Source of the DNA: a virus
DNA length: 37,887 bases
Virus record (IMG/VR): IMGVR_UViG_3300029868_000014
Location: 1 to 37,887 of that record
Reading direction: 5' to 3' (one strand)
The first letter of the stretch is position 1. Each line of letters starts with the position of its first letter. This document shows positions 17,222-26,108 of the stretch, piece by piece. The translations under genes were made by a program, and so were the position numbers. A model generated the notes under the pieces. It did not search any database and was not told where the DNA came from. It saw only the letters and a program-made list of their open reading frames with translations.

Positions 17222-19292
17222 TATTAAATCCTTGCGGGATAACACCGTTCCCCGGTGCGGGGGCTATGGACTGTTGATTCAACACATCGACCAGCTGTTG
17301 TGCGATGTGCGACCTCACCATTTGCTCAAACTGGCCTGTCTGCATGGCCATATCTAATACTTTCTGGGCTGTATCGGCTTGTTTGTTAGCCGTGTCAGCT
17401 GAATTTTCTTGTGCCTCGCTTTGAAGTTTCTCTACTTTTGCCTGCATTTCGGCCATTTGGAGAGCGATACCGGCTTGTTGTAGTTGTTGCTGTTGTTGAG
17501 CCGCTTCAGCTTGCGCTTGTTTAGCTTGTAGCTCCTCAGGGCTGGAATCTTCGTCATCACCTTCCACAAGTCCTTCGGGTAACATCTTACGAAGACGCTC
17601 AGCAATCTCCTCAGCACCGGGCCAGTCCATATTCATAGCGACAAGGTCAGCAATAAACGGCGAGGCTTGTGGGAATGCGGCACCAAACTGCATAAGTGTT
17701 TCGGCAGACTCTTGACGCTTGGTTCCGAAGCTTGGTCCCGTCTGGACATCAACATCATACTTACCGACACTTAGATCATTAATAAGCTCTGGCCCATCCA
17801 TATCCATATTCGGCGTGTTAATATCTGTGAACTCTTCGGAGCCATCTTCATGTAAAATGCGGATAGTACGCTGAGTATCATAAATGATAGGAATAAGGTC
17901 TACCAAGATACGCCCCGCGTGCTGCACGGCGGAACTTAAATTATCCGAGATAAAGTTATTACTGATGTCGCTTTCGACTTTACGTTCACGAATAGCAATG
18001 CCTGATGTCTCATTTGATCTTGCCCCCAATGAAGCGTCATGAATACCTGTGGTCGCCTTAATATCATCAGACGCAAATTGCATAGCCGAAATCATACCAG
18101 AGCTAGGCATAGGAGGAGTTTGTCTTTGAGGAGCACCCGGCGCTCTTGGATCAGCATTATATACAAGAAGAGCCTTATTGTCCGAGTTGGCATTTTTCCA
18201 ATCGTCCGCAAACCCGGCGATCTGGTCCACTGTAGCTATATATGGCTGCTTAGGCGCAAGCGCTACAAACTCAGTGTTGGCCGTATTCCAGTAGTTATAC
18301 ATGCGCTGAGCATCTTTAGCATGACGAATTACGCCAACCCTTGTGACCTTGTCGTCTGATACAATCTCTTCGCCAGCAACAGCAATAATAGGGATATCTG
18401 GTGTTGCCCACTCTTCAGGCCCGTCAAGAATTTCTAACCCTGAAACAGTCCACATCTGAACCTTATGGGATTCACGCTCCCTTTGCTCTTTAATAAATGG
18501 CTCTACCTCTTCACGCTCTTCTTCACTCAAATCTTCAAGCGTAACCATCTCACCATTAGCTAGTCTGGCAATAGTTTTGGTAACCGGCGTCTTTTCCCAA
18601 TATTCAGCAACTCTAACAGTCTTCTCGTCAAACCATTGGTCAACAGTGTCTTCATTCTCAAACTTATCCCAGTCGACGATCTGAGCTTTAGGCCAGCGTG
18701 ATTTAAACTCTTCGCGCCCCATTCGTTCGTTTACAAAACAGAACCGGGCATCTGCCCTTGTGCTTAGTCTAGCGAGAGGGTCCCAGACAACAGCAAATGG
18801 ATTATGAATAGGGCGAATGATAGCGTCTTGGTCAAACGTGTTGCTGTGAACGTAATCTGTCTCAATACGAAAATTACCAATACCACATGATGCTGCCTGA
18901 ATGCCTGCTGTGATATATGGCTTGCCGGGCTTTGACCTCATCTCGATATTACGGATGATTCCCGAATACGTATCTGCAATGTCTTTGTCAGCACCGCCAT
19001 CAACAGGTTTAACTTTAATGGACGGTCTATTACTTCTCAGATCACCTGTAACTTGGCGTACAGAAGCCGACAACTTATTGAAGGTAAGATAAGGGCGCTT
19101 CTCTTGGTCACGCTTTTGACGTTCAAGCTCTGGCCATTGATCACCCGCTAGGTTCTTTAGGTCATCTCTAGCGGCTTCCCGGTTCTCTCGGTCGCTCTCC
19201 CAAGCGGTTTCTGCCCGCTCTCGCACCTTCTGCATGAAGCCAGAACCGTCATTATCTCTATTAGTATCGGTATTTTCGTCCTGATGTGGCAT
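17214..19292 (-). CDS. Portal protein (P22-type)
   Basis: 692 aa, directly downstream of TerL. RPYLTFNKL..VRQVTGDLRSNRPSIKVKPV motif. Q/A-rich helical C-terminal barrel-like tail. Confidence 0.9.
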   Translation of the reverse strand: MPHQDENTDTNRDNDGSGFMQKVRERAETAWESDRENREAARDDLKNLAGDQWPELERQKRDQEKRPYLTFNKLSASVRQVTGDLRSNRPSIKVKPVDGGADKDIADTYSGIIRNIEMRSKPGKPYITAGIQAASCGIGNFRIETDYVHSNTFDQDAIIRPIHNPFAVVWDPLARLSTRADARFCFVNERMGREEFKSRWPKAQIVDWDKFENEDTVDQWFDEKTVRVAEYWEKTPVTKTIARLANGEMVTLEDLSEEEREEVEPFIKEQRERESHKVQMWTVSGLEILDGPEEWATPDIPIIAVAGEEIVSDDKVTRVGVIRHAKDAQRMYNYWNTANTEFVALAPKQPYIATVDQIAGFADDWKNANSDNKALLVYNADPRAPGAPQRQTPPMPSSGMISAMQFASDDIKATTGIHDASLGARSNETSGIAIRERKVESDISNNFISDNLSSAVQHAGRILVDLIPIIYDTQRTIRILHEDGSEEFTDINTPNMDMDGPELINDLSVGKYDVDVQTGPSFGTKRQESAETLMQFGAAFPQASPFIADLVAMNMDWPGAEEIAERLRKMLPEGLVEGDDEDSSPEELQAKQAQAEAAQQQQQLQQAGIALQMAEMQAKVEKLQSEAQENSADTANKQADTAQKVLDMAMQTGQFEQMVRSHIAQQLVDVLNQQSIAPAPGNGVIPQGFNNV

Positions 19293-19370
19293 TTACTCGC
19301 CTTAATCAACTTAAAGTAGGTACAAACCCCGTATATTGAGGCATCTTAATTCGTCTTACACGTTTAGGTG

Positions 19371-20690
19371 TTAGCCACCCATCCAGCCAGAACCGCCTCT
19401 TGACCGCTCATTCCCATAAAAACTACCATTATACTGCTTTTTAGGCAATTCAAAGCTAATACACATTAGCCCAAAACTATCAGCACCGTGAGAAGCCCAG
19501 TTATGGTTAGGTCCTAGCCCTATATTCCGTGCTTCGTCCCTCTTCTCGTGGTAAGCCGACAATGCAGCCATTCCACCCTTAGTAGTTTCTTCATTGATCC
19601 AGATGTTGGGAAATAACCGCCTAACAGCCTCCACACGCAGCATAGCGGCACCTGTACCTTGGTTCTTAACCACTTCAACGTCAAAACCTGCCGTCTTCAA
19701 TGCACTCTCAAAACTCACACTATATACCTTATCACCCTGCACACCATCATGAGGGAGAATGCACAAAACATCACCGTACCCGTTCTTTCTCAACCATTGA
19801 ACATGAGTAGCGAGAGGTTGACCTTGTGCCTCATAGTAGTCTAACACCTTGATTTGACTACCTATAAACTGAGCTATCCAAATGGTGCATGCGTCTGCTT
19901 TGTTGCCAGTTCCGCCAATATCCCAAAATGCTCTCAAGGTCATAAGAGGATCGGCAGCAACCACACCTATTCTACGCTCTTGTCTGGCCTTAGTTATATG
20001 CTTGGAGAAGTATGCGCCCTCATAGCTCGTCTTGAACGCTCCACCCCATACATGATCGTAATCATCAGGACGCTTCTCAAGGTCTTCTAAGCGTTCTTTT
20101 TCAAGTACTTCGGGAAAGAATGGGTTGTCTTGGAAGTTTAGCTCGATAATCTTTGAATCTTTAGGTGGGTTGAGCACAAACCGCTTGTGTGTAGCGCTGC
20201 TCTCTATCTCTGGATTCCATGTGACCCAAATCTCTGAATCATGCTCACGTACCGTAGGGGTGATGATACGCCATGACGATTCTAACACGCCTTCAGCCTC
20301 ATCAATCCATAATAACAGGATTTTAGCTTTAGATTTCAAGCTAGCAAGGTTTCTAACAAGCCCCACAAACTTATACGATACCTTACCGCATTTGGTGCGA
20401 ATATACTTCTCACCGATATCAAATAGATCATCAAGCCACTGCTCGGACCTGATAGCCGCCTTAACTTCCGCCATAGAGCTTTCATCAAGCGAATTCATGT
20501 ACTCACGGCCACATACAACAATACCTGATCTACCAGCAGCAGCTGCCCTCACAGCGAACACGGCGGTCATCTTGGCAAAAGACATTGTTTTGGCCGACCC
20601 TCGACCACCTCTAGCCCCACGGTATCTAGCCTCACCTGTAAACACTGGTATTAGCTTGGGGGGAAGCTCGACCTTAACCTTCATCGTCAC
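19371..20690 (-). CDS. Terminase large subunit (PBSX / Terminase_3-like)
   Basis: Walker A GARGGRGSAKT near the N-terminus. LLWIDEAE Walker B-like motif. C-terminal nuclease-type region. Confidence 0.9.
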   Translation of the reverse strand: MTMKVKVELPPKLIPVFTGEARYRGARGGRGSAKTMSFAKMTAVFAVRAAAAGRSGIVVCGREYMNSLDESSMAEVKAAIRSEQWLDDLFDIGEKYIRTKCGKVSYKFVGLVRNLASLKSKAKILLLWIDEAEGVLESSWRIITPTVREHDSEIWVTWNPEIESSATHKRFVLNPPKDSKIIELNFQDNPFFPEVLEKERLEDLEKRPDDYDHVWGGAFKTSYEGAYFSKHITKARQERRIGVVAADPLMTLRAFWDIGGTGNKADACTIWIAQFIGSQIKVLDYYEAQGQPLATHVQWLRKNGYGDVLCILPHDGVQGDKVYSVSFESALKTAGFDVEVVKNQGTGAAMLRVEAVRRLFPNIWINEETTKGGMAALSAYHEKRDEARNIGLGPNHNWASHGADSFGLMCISFELPKKQYNGSFYGNERSRGGSGWMGG

Positions 20691-21078
20691 TCTTAGGGGC
20701 TACAAGCTCTATCTGAGTTACCTGTATAGGGTTATCTGCTTGGCCACCATGATTAACAGCGACTTTATCACCATACCTTGTCCCATGGAACTTAGAGGCT
20801 ACCCACTTGCGAGCGTCGATACGAAGCTTAAGTCTTATCGGGTCATCAGTAGTATTGTCTGCAATATCAATGATTTCATCAGCAAAGCCCTCTCCTTGAG
20901 CCTCTCTTGCGCGAGCGTATTGTTCTTGGAAAAGCTTATGTGCATCTAACCATCTGAAAACAGTGGAGATATTAGGGTATCCGTCCTCGGCGCATATCTT
21001 TCTAAGGCTTACGCCTTCAGTTATACGTACACAGATACGGCTTGTTATCTCTTCGTTGTAGTCGCTAGGGCGTCCCAT
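20674..21078 (-). CDS. Terminase small subunit
   Basis: N-terminal HTH (GRPSDYNEEITSRICVRITEGVSLRKICAEDGYPNISTVFRWL) typical of phage TerS. Overlaps the TerL start. Confidence 0.75.
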   Translation of the reverse strand: MGRPSDYNEEITSRICVRITEGVSLRKICAEDGYPNISTVFRWLDAHKLFQEQYARAREAQGEGFADEIIDIADNTTDDPIRLKLRIDARKWVASKFHGTRYGDKVAVNHGGQADNPIQVTQIELVAPKSDDEG

Positions 21079-21083
21079 AGGTA

Positions 21084-21266
21084 TTATAATCTCTCTTCGT
21101 CTTCAATGATTGTTTGTATTGTTTTCACGCTATCCAATGCTTCAAACAATGGAGCATCCACCAGCGTTAAATTCACCTCAGGACTTAAGTCTAAATACTC
21201 TCCCCTGTTTATTGATTCTTCTATGCCTAGCATAGCTGCTTCGATTGCATCTTGTTCAACTGTCAT
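21084..21266 (-). CDS. Hypothetical acidic protein, 60 aa (first gene of the late operon)
   Basis: ATG 21266 is preceded by an AGGAG SD. The longer track ORF start lies inside the promoter region. Confidence 0.55.
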   Translation of the reverse strand: MTVEQDAIEAAMLGIEESINRGEYLDLSPEVNLTLVDAPLFEALDSVKTIQTIIEDEERL

Positions 21267-21291
21267 GAGTATCACTCCTAACCATGTAACG

Positions 21292-21320
21292 ACACTACAC
21301 CTCATGTGAATTAATATCAA
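21292..21320 (-). promoter_or_regulatory. Putative late-operon promoter TTGATA-17-TAGTGT
   Basis: -35 at 21315-21320 and -10 at 21292-21297 (minus strand), about 25 nt upstream of the first late ATG. Confidence 0.45.
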
Positions 21321-21328
21321 TTATCCAT

Positions 21329-21357
21329 TTGACATATGACATAGTCATACATATAGT
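21329..21357 (+). promoter_or_regulatory. Consensus sigma70-type promoter TTGACA-17-TATAGT with palindromic operator TATGACATAGTCATA (21335-21349) in the spacer
   Basis: Both hexamers and the 17-nt spacing were read directly. The operator is a perfect 6+3+6 palindrome. Confidence 0.75.
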
Positions 21358-21382
21358 GGACCCATCAAAGGAGAGAATTGAT

Positions 21383-21838
21383 ATGACTGAAACACTACAG
21401 GAAATCCACGAAGCAATTGAAACTATGAAGGCTACAGGCACCGGTGACGGCTATAGTAAGAATGGCAACGGTTATATATACACCAAATTATCAGACGGAA
21501 TACCCTTAGCAGAAGTTCATTTTCATCCATTCGGGGTATGCGGCACCCCCGACCTTAGAATTACAGCCACAGCCCCAACATTTAAAGAAGCGTGTGAAGA
21601 TTGCACTCGTCAATGGTTAGCTCATAAAACCACCCACGAACTAGACCGCGTCAAGGATATGGCTTTAAAGATTATTGAACTTACATTCCGTAATAATGAA
21701 TGCTGCGAGAGTGCTTTGCGTGGTGAAGGATTTACCCACGACGAAGTAAAAAAACTTGGTTCGAGAGCGTCTACCATGGCCGGTGATATGGCTGATGGTG
21801 CACCTTTTATTATTCTAACATCTAACTCAAACCAATAA
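21383..21838 (+). CDS. Orphan plus-strand hypothetical protein, 151 aa
   Basis: AAAGGAGAG SD 7 nt upstream of ATG 21383. Has its own promoter and terminator. The track start at 21329 (TTG) is the -35 hexamer. Confidence 0.75.
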   Translation: MTETLQEIHEAIETMKATGTGDGYSKNGNGYIYTKLSDGIPLAEVHFHPFGVCGTPDLRITATAPTFKEACEDCTRQWLAHKTTHELDRVKDMALKIIELTFRNNECCESALRGEGFTHDEVKKLGSRASTMAGDMADGAPFIILTSNSNQ

Positions 21839-21841
21839 GGT

Positions 21842-21871
21842 GGAGAGGGTTTAACCGCCCTCCCTTTCCTT
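21842..21871 (+). terminator. Intrinsic terminator of the orphan gene
   Basis: GG(A)GAGGG-tttaaccg-CCCTCCC followed by TTTCCTT, 4 nt after the stop codon. Confidence 0.55.
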
Positions 21872-22038
21872 ACATCATTTATTGCGGTGAGGTTGGTGCC
21901 TCATCTTTAACGATGAATATATCATAATCAGCCACCACAGCCGTAGTCGCTCCATTACCTTTAGCATCCAGCCAAATATCTGTTAGGGCTGGCACAATGA
22001 TTGGCACATCATACCTGAGTTAATATCAAATGTGTAGT

Positions 22039-23268
22039 TTAGCTTGGGCGTCTACTAAGTTTTAATCTACTACCAACAGAAGCCGTAATGTTATCTGTGC
22101 CGGTGTTATTCTCCAACCAGACTTCAACTCGATCACTTATATCCATGACCACTTCAGCGAAAATTGTGATGTTTTGAGTGCCCGGCGGTCTTGAGCCTAC
22201 CGTATCGGTAAATGTAGCTATATACGTTTCTAAATCTACGTAAGCAGACGCGCTATCATCCCAATGCCTTAACACAACAGAAATATCATCCGCATCCGTA
22301 CCTACCAATGTCACAGAGCCAGCAACATCCATTGTGATGGTTTCCGCTGTTTGGCTCTCAATCGCGTTACTGGCACTCTGTGTGAAATGCTCCAGTAAAG
22401 AATATGTTGTTGTACCGGCCATTTTTACAGGCGTGTTGATTGTACTGATTACTGTTGCTGATGACGTTGATACGGTCCAGACGCCGCCGATATGGGTGTT
22501 AGGAATACCCGTACAATTCCTAAACAATGCTTTGCGGTTAGATGCCGATATACCTGTAATAGCGCCCGATGCGGACGGGTTTGTCCTGAAATTCGCTAAG
22601 AAAAATGCATTGTCATTAACAAAATCTGCTTCTGCGAAATCAAACACAACCGACGCGTTGTCGATACTGAGCGCGTTCATATCTGATCTTAATGAGCCAG
22701 CGATGGAAAGACTAGCGCCACCCTGAAAGAGGGTTACACCCGATTGCTGGCCCAGCGTGATGGTTGTCAGAACAGTCATACCGCCCGCCATAGTGCCGTC
22801 AATGGTCAAGCCTTTAACCACACCTGTCGCGCCGAAATAGACAAACCCGACCCCTGTCATGAGTATCTGGCGATAACTATCCACTAAGCCTAAATCGACA
22901 CATTGAGTGAAATTAACTTTGTCCATTTCAAGGGCATTATTGTTCTCAGCGTTATCAAGATCAAAGACTTGTGAGCTTGTGCCCGTTACTTTTATATCTA
23001 GGCTGGACAACAGGAACGGACCACTGAAAACACCATCATCAATAAACATTGTGTAATTGTTCTCAGTGCTGAATAGGCCGGTTACATTAGCCCCCTCACC
23101 ACTAATTGTAGCACCAGCTTGAGGTATCGTTATTTGTGTTGTGCCCATATCAATAAAAGCATCAACAACATACCGTTTAGCGCTGTCAAGCGTGGCTGGG
23201 AAATCCGAAGCACTCCTGATGAGAATCTCAATATCCGGCGTTTGTATCCGTTTAGTAAACCTAGCCAT
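22039..23268 (-). CDS. Beta-helix-like structural protein, 409 aa (second receptor-binding / depolymerase candidate)
   Basis: Repetitive G/T/S/N/V-rich strands with periodic hydrophobic residues. No enzyme motif recognised. Confidence 0.4.
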   Translation of the reverse strand: MARFTKRIQTPDIEILIRSASDFPATLDSAKRYVVDAFIDMGTTQITIPQAGATISGEGANVTGLFSTENNYTMFIDDGVFSGPFLLSSLDIKVTGTSSQVFDLDNAENNNALEMDKVNFTQCVDLGLVDSYRQILMTGVGFVYFGATGVVKGLTIDGTMAGGMTVLTTITLGQQSGVTLFQGGASLSIAGSLRSDMNALSIDNASVVFDFAEADFVNDNAFFLANFRTNPSASGAITGISASNRKALFRNCTGIPNTHIGGVWTVSTSSATVISTINTPVKMAGTTTYSLLEHFTQSASNAIESQTAETITMDVAGSVTLVGTDADDISVVLRHWDDSASAYVDLETYIATFTDTVGSRPPGTQNITIFAEVVMDISDRVEVWLENNTGTDNITASVGSRLKLSRRPS

Positions 23269-23585
23269 TAGGAGGTGCGCTCCGTGATCCTAAAAGTTGT
23301 ACCTGTCGCGTTGAAAGATATAGAGCTTAACGTTGAACCGTACCCCTCTTCCATAAACCCTTCATTCGGTGCAAACGTAACGCCGTCAATAGTGCCGTTA
23401 GACGCACCTATGTTTAATATCTCATACCCTAGCGCGCCCGACGTCGTGGAGCCTGTTGTGGTGCTAGTGGTGATATCAGTGCTGTTGATTGAGCCGGTGC
23501 CGGGGCTCGTTGGGAGCGGGTTAGAATCGCTAACAAGAACACGTGCACCCGTAGAATCCACCGTATAAATTACTACATCCGTCAT
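23268..23585 (-). CDS. Small T/S/G-rich structural-like protein, 105 aa
   Basis: AAGGGG SD. Its stop overlaps the ATG of the 409-aa gene. Confidence 0.55.
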   Translation of the reverse strand: MTDVVIYTVDSTGARVLVSDSNPLPTSPGTGSINSTDITTSTTTGSTTSGALGYEILNIGASNGTIDGVTFAPNEGFMEEGYGSTLSSISFNATGTTFRITERTS

Positions 23586-23605
23586 TTGGTACCCCTTGGA
23601 TTATG

Positions 23606-23641
23606 GTAGGGCGGTGCCACAAAGCATTAACACCGCCCTAC
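23606..23641 (-). terminator. Perfect 11-bp hairpin (GTAGGGCGGTG-14 nt-CACCGCCCTAC) separating the accessory operon from the two downstream genes
   Basis: Read directly. The T-tract (TTTG) is on the plus strand only; the minus strand has no U-tract. Confidence 0.45.
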
Positions 23642-23740
23642 TTTGTCGACTGGGGAGAGAGAGATCAAAACCAGCCGAGGCCGCGCAGTTTCGCCAATCA
23701 CAACGATACAGGGGCACACATATTATATATTTGAGTTATA

Positions 23741-24106
23741 TTATTTGGTCAATGAGATATCCAGACGTGCCTTGAGTTTATCAGCATGATCTAGCTTTGA
23801 TAGCTCTTCAGCCTCTAAGAGCGTCCAAGGTTGTTCTGTTGAGCCGATTTTGAATGGCAAATTTAAACCATCCCACTCATCAGATTCAAAACCGGTACCC
23901 TCACAAGACAAGCACAAAGCATGCGCTTCGGAAGCGGTTACACCTCCCAAAGTTATAACTCTACCAACAGTAAACAAAAACTGACACAACTTTCGTTGCC
24001 GTGGCGTCATTCTCGACCACTCGTCAATATAATCGACATCCGTCATTATGTTACCTGTTGCGGGCTTAACTGCGTCATTACCTAATTGCTCTATTGAATC
24101 TGTCAT
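23741..24106 (-). CDS. Hypothetical protein, 121 aa
   Basis: GAGAGGAA SD and ATGA overlap. Confidence 0.65.
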   Translation of the reverse strand: MTDSIEQLGNDAVKPATGNIMTDVDYIDEWSRMTPRQRKLCQFLFTVGRVITLGGVTASEAHALCLSCEGTGFESDEWDGLNLPFKIGSTEQPWTLLEAEELSKLDHADKLKARLDISLTK

Positions 24107-24723
24107 GCTGTTTTCCTCTCAAACATTTCTTTCGTCCAAATACTATAACCTAAACGCTTAATTGTCTCACCGAAAGATTGATCGAAATCACCCATTTCAC
24201 GATCAACAGCGCAAATCTTTTTACCGCCAACAAAAGAGCAAATTAATCTGCCGCAGCTCCAATATTTAATATCCCTCTCACTAGCACCATCCTTTCGGCA
24301 CTCTTTCAAGAAAGCATGTGTTTCAGTGCATTTATCAAGCTTAACAACATCAACTGCTAAAGCTAAACCCGGCTCGTCAAAGCTTTCCCAGCGCTTCCGG
24401 TTTATATATCGCTCTACATGGAGGCAGGAGCGGTCCTTGAGGTCCCTTAACTCTTTTGCGTAAGGTATTAGGCCTTGCATAGCTGCGAGCTTCTCAGGAG
24501 TGTCTAATTCCTCCCAGTAATTAAAGGCCGCTGACTTTGTACCTTTAGGACCGGGCGGATAACTCTTCCAAAACACCTCAAAGCTCTCAGAGTATTCCTT
24601 GCGGACTACCTTGGTTGCTTTCGTCTTGGTTGCTGGCTCCATGTTATAAATGCAATCAACAATCTGATGATCAGGGATTTGAGCGGTTCTCATGCTATCG
24701 ATGAGGGTTATGTATTTAGACAT
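24103..24723 (-). CDS. Conserved phage protein with an F-x2-FW-x2-YP motif, 206 aa
   Basis: FEVFWKSYPPGPKGTKSAAFNYW recalls a motif I associate with some phage replication-module proteins. That association is from memory; the function is not established. Confidence 0.6.
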   Translation of the reverse strand: MSKYITLIDSMRTAQIPDHQIVDCIYNMEPATKTKATKVVRKEYSESFEVFWKSYPPGPKGTKSAAFNYWEELDTPEKLAAMQGLIPYAKELRDLKDRSCLHVERYINRKRWESFDEPGLALAVDVVKLDKCTETHAFLKECRKDGASERDIKYWSCGRLICSFVGGKKICAVDREMGDFDQSFGETIKRLGYSIWTKEMFERKTA

Positions 24724-25152
24724 CTAATCATCCTCTTGCGGCAATAAAGCTTGGCGGGCCACTTGTCTTGCTTCACCCAGCATATAATTCGCATAATCCG
24801 CTTCGGGCATATCAGCGGTTGCTAGAGAGGGGTTTCCAGTGTGAATATACGTGATGCATTCCAGTTCCTCGCGCAGTCTATCCACCTCATCAAGTAGGTA
24901 TTGAATGTCAGAGGGTGAATTGGTTATGAAGGTGGCGTTGTCCTTGCTTATTTCCACATAAGTCTCGTCGATCCGTCCGCCGTGTGATATTATAACCTCG
25001 GGAAACTCTATACCGGAGTATACACCCCCCTCCATCCGATGCGTTTTAACGGTGCGTATCGTTACACCCTCACTATAATCTACAGTATCAGTCGCCCAAG
25101 GTCCCGGGGTTGCTTTTGCTAGGCGGTCTTTTATTTCGTCTAACTTACTCAT
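24724..25152 (-). CDS. Ead/Ea22-like protein, 142 aa
   Basis: KATPGPW ... NATFITNSPSDIQYLLDEV pattern typical of Ea22-like proteins. ATG 25152 has a GGAGGG SD and an ATGA overlap. Confidence 0.6.
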   Translation of the reverse strand: MSKLDEIKDRLAKATPGPWATDTVDYSEGVTIRTVKTHRMEGGVYSGIEFPEVIISHGGRIDETYVEISKDNATFITNSPSDIQYLLDEVDRLREELECITYIHTGNPSLATADMPEADYANYMLGEARQVARQALLPQEDD

Positions 25153-25349
25153 CCGAGCACCCTCCAAATTAAGTACAATCCTCCACCTAAAAATGCCACC
25201 AGAAGTGCGACGGCGAAATAAAACCCGAATATTGCATTTTTCATAGCCAGATCAGCGCGGGCTGCCTGATAGGAATCAATCTTCTTTTGCTGTTTTGTCG
25301 CCCTTAACTCTTCTTGCTGCCTCAATGCTCTTCCTAATACCTTACTCAT
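25149..25349 (-). CDS. Small membrane protein, 66 aa
   Basis: C-terminal TM (IFGFYFAVALLVAFLGGGLYLIW). Confidence 0.65.
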   Translation of the reverse strand: MSKVLGRALRQQEELRATKQQKKIDSYQAARADLAMKNAIFGFYFAVALLVAFLGGGLYLIWRVLG

Positions 25350-25707
25350 CGTCTAATCCCTCTCCGTGGTCACAGTCTATTTCAATCTTAACGCAGGCCA
25401 GAACTTTATCTTGATGCGCTTGGTGATATGTTTCCGCATTTCTAAACGAATCGTGCAGGCTTAAATCGCAATCTCTTACATTAATCCAGACAGTGCGCTT
25501 AATACGGGGTTTTACTTCTATGAGGTCATTGCCGCTACCGTGTATTGATGTTGAGTATTGGCCGTCGTGATACCATTCCTCAGAAGTCCATCCAGCTTCA
25601 ATGCGGACAGCTCCATGTATTGCGTATCCGGGGCATCCGTCAGTGGCGTAAATTCTAACTTCTCTACCGTCTCGGGTTTTATATGTCTTATCTTTTGAGA
25701 TGGTCAT
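25342..25707 (-). CDS. Hypothetical protein, 121 aa
   Basis: ATGA overlap with the upstream ORF. Confidence 0.65.
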   Translation of the reverse strand: MTISKDKTYKTRDGREVRIYATDGCPGYAIHGAVRIEAGWTSEEWYHDGQYSTSIHGSGNDLIEVKPRIKRTVWINVRDCDLSLHDSFRNAETYHQAHQDKVLACVKIEIDCDHGEGLDDE

Positions 25708-26039
25708 GACTGTTTCCCCATAGCTGCTGATAGGAAAATTCGCCCTATATTTGGTTCGCCTTTTTCTATTCGCGCTCTTATGTCTTCTAGAAGAAGGTTT
25801 ATTGCTTTGATATTAAGCGCTGTTTCGACGATATAATCTTCAGCGTCTTCATATCTGAATGCGACATCTGCTTTGATCGCGGCAAGACGGCCTCTGTTAA
25901 TTGCCTCGTCACTCAGTATATGAATCCGTACAGCGTCGGCTATGTCCTTAACATCCATCACATGATGTTTATCTTGAGCCTCAAGGGCGTCATTGATCAC
26001 TTCAGCTAATGCATCAGTATTGTCTTTATCTTTGTTCAT
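25704..26039 (-). CDS. Hypothetical protein, 111 aa
   Basis: TAGGAGAGAG SD. Confidence 0.65.
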   Translation of the reverse strand: MNKDKDNTDALAEVINDALEAQDKHHVMDVKDIADAVRIHILSDEAINRGRLAAIKADVAFRYEDAEDYIVETALNIKAINLLLEDIRARIEKGEPNIGRIFLSAAMGKQS

Positions 26040-26062
26040 TACTCTCTCCTATAATATAGTTC

Positions 26063-26108
26063 CCTCTAGCGAGGTGCGTATCCTTCGTTTCACTTCGGGC
26101 CGCTAAGT
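26063..26108 (-). repeat. Intergenic element copy 1 (minus strand: ACTTAGCGGCCC...GGATACGCACCTCGCTAGAGG)
   Basis: Shares conserved ends with 26456-26491 and 28409-28444. The upstream ORF's TAG stop lies inside it. Confidence 0.8.

Noticed and set aside
20125-20949. 274-aa plus-strand ORF
   Set aside because: It is entirely antisense to the terminase large and small subunit genes. It has no SD and low-complexity S/L-rich composition, so it is a shadow ORF.
21321-21329. DnaA-box-like TTATCCATT; also TTATCCACG at 16443-16451
   Set aside because: These match only 7-8 of 9 positions of TTATCCACA, occur as isolated single copies, and one lies inside a coding region. That is not sufficient to call an origin.
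21329-21382. TTG-initiated 5' extension of the orphan gene ORF; likewise the 32043, 34903, 17245 and 1234 alternative starts
   Set aside because: These starts fall inside promoter hexamers or SD sequences. Downstream ATGs have canonical SD spacing.
21879-22007. 42-aa GTG-initiated minus-strand ORF (VPIIVPALTDIWLDAKGNGATTAVVADYDIFIVKDEAPTSPQ) downstream of the 409-aa gene
   Set aside because: The composition is protein-like, but it has a GTG start, only AGG as an SD, and a different frame from the upstream gene. It lies in the convergent terminator zone. The evidence is too weak to call a gene.
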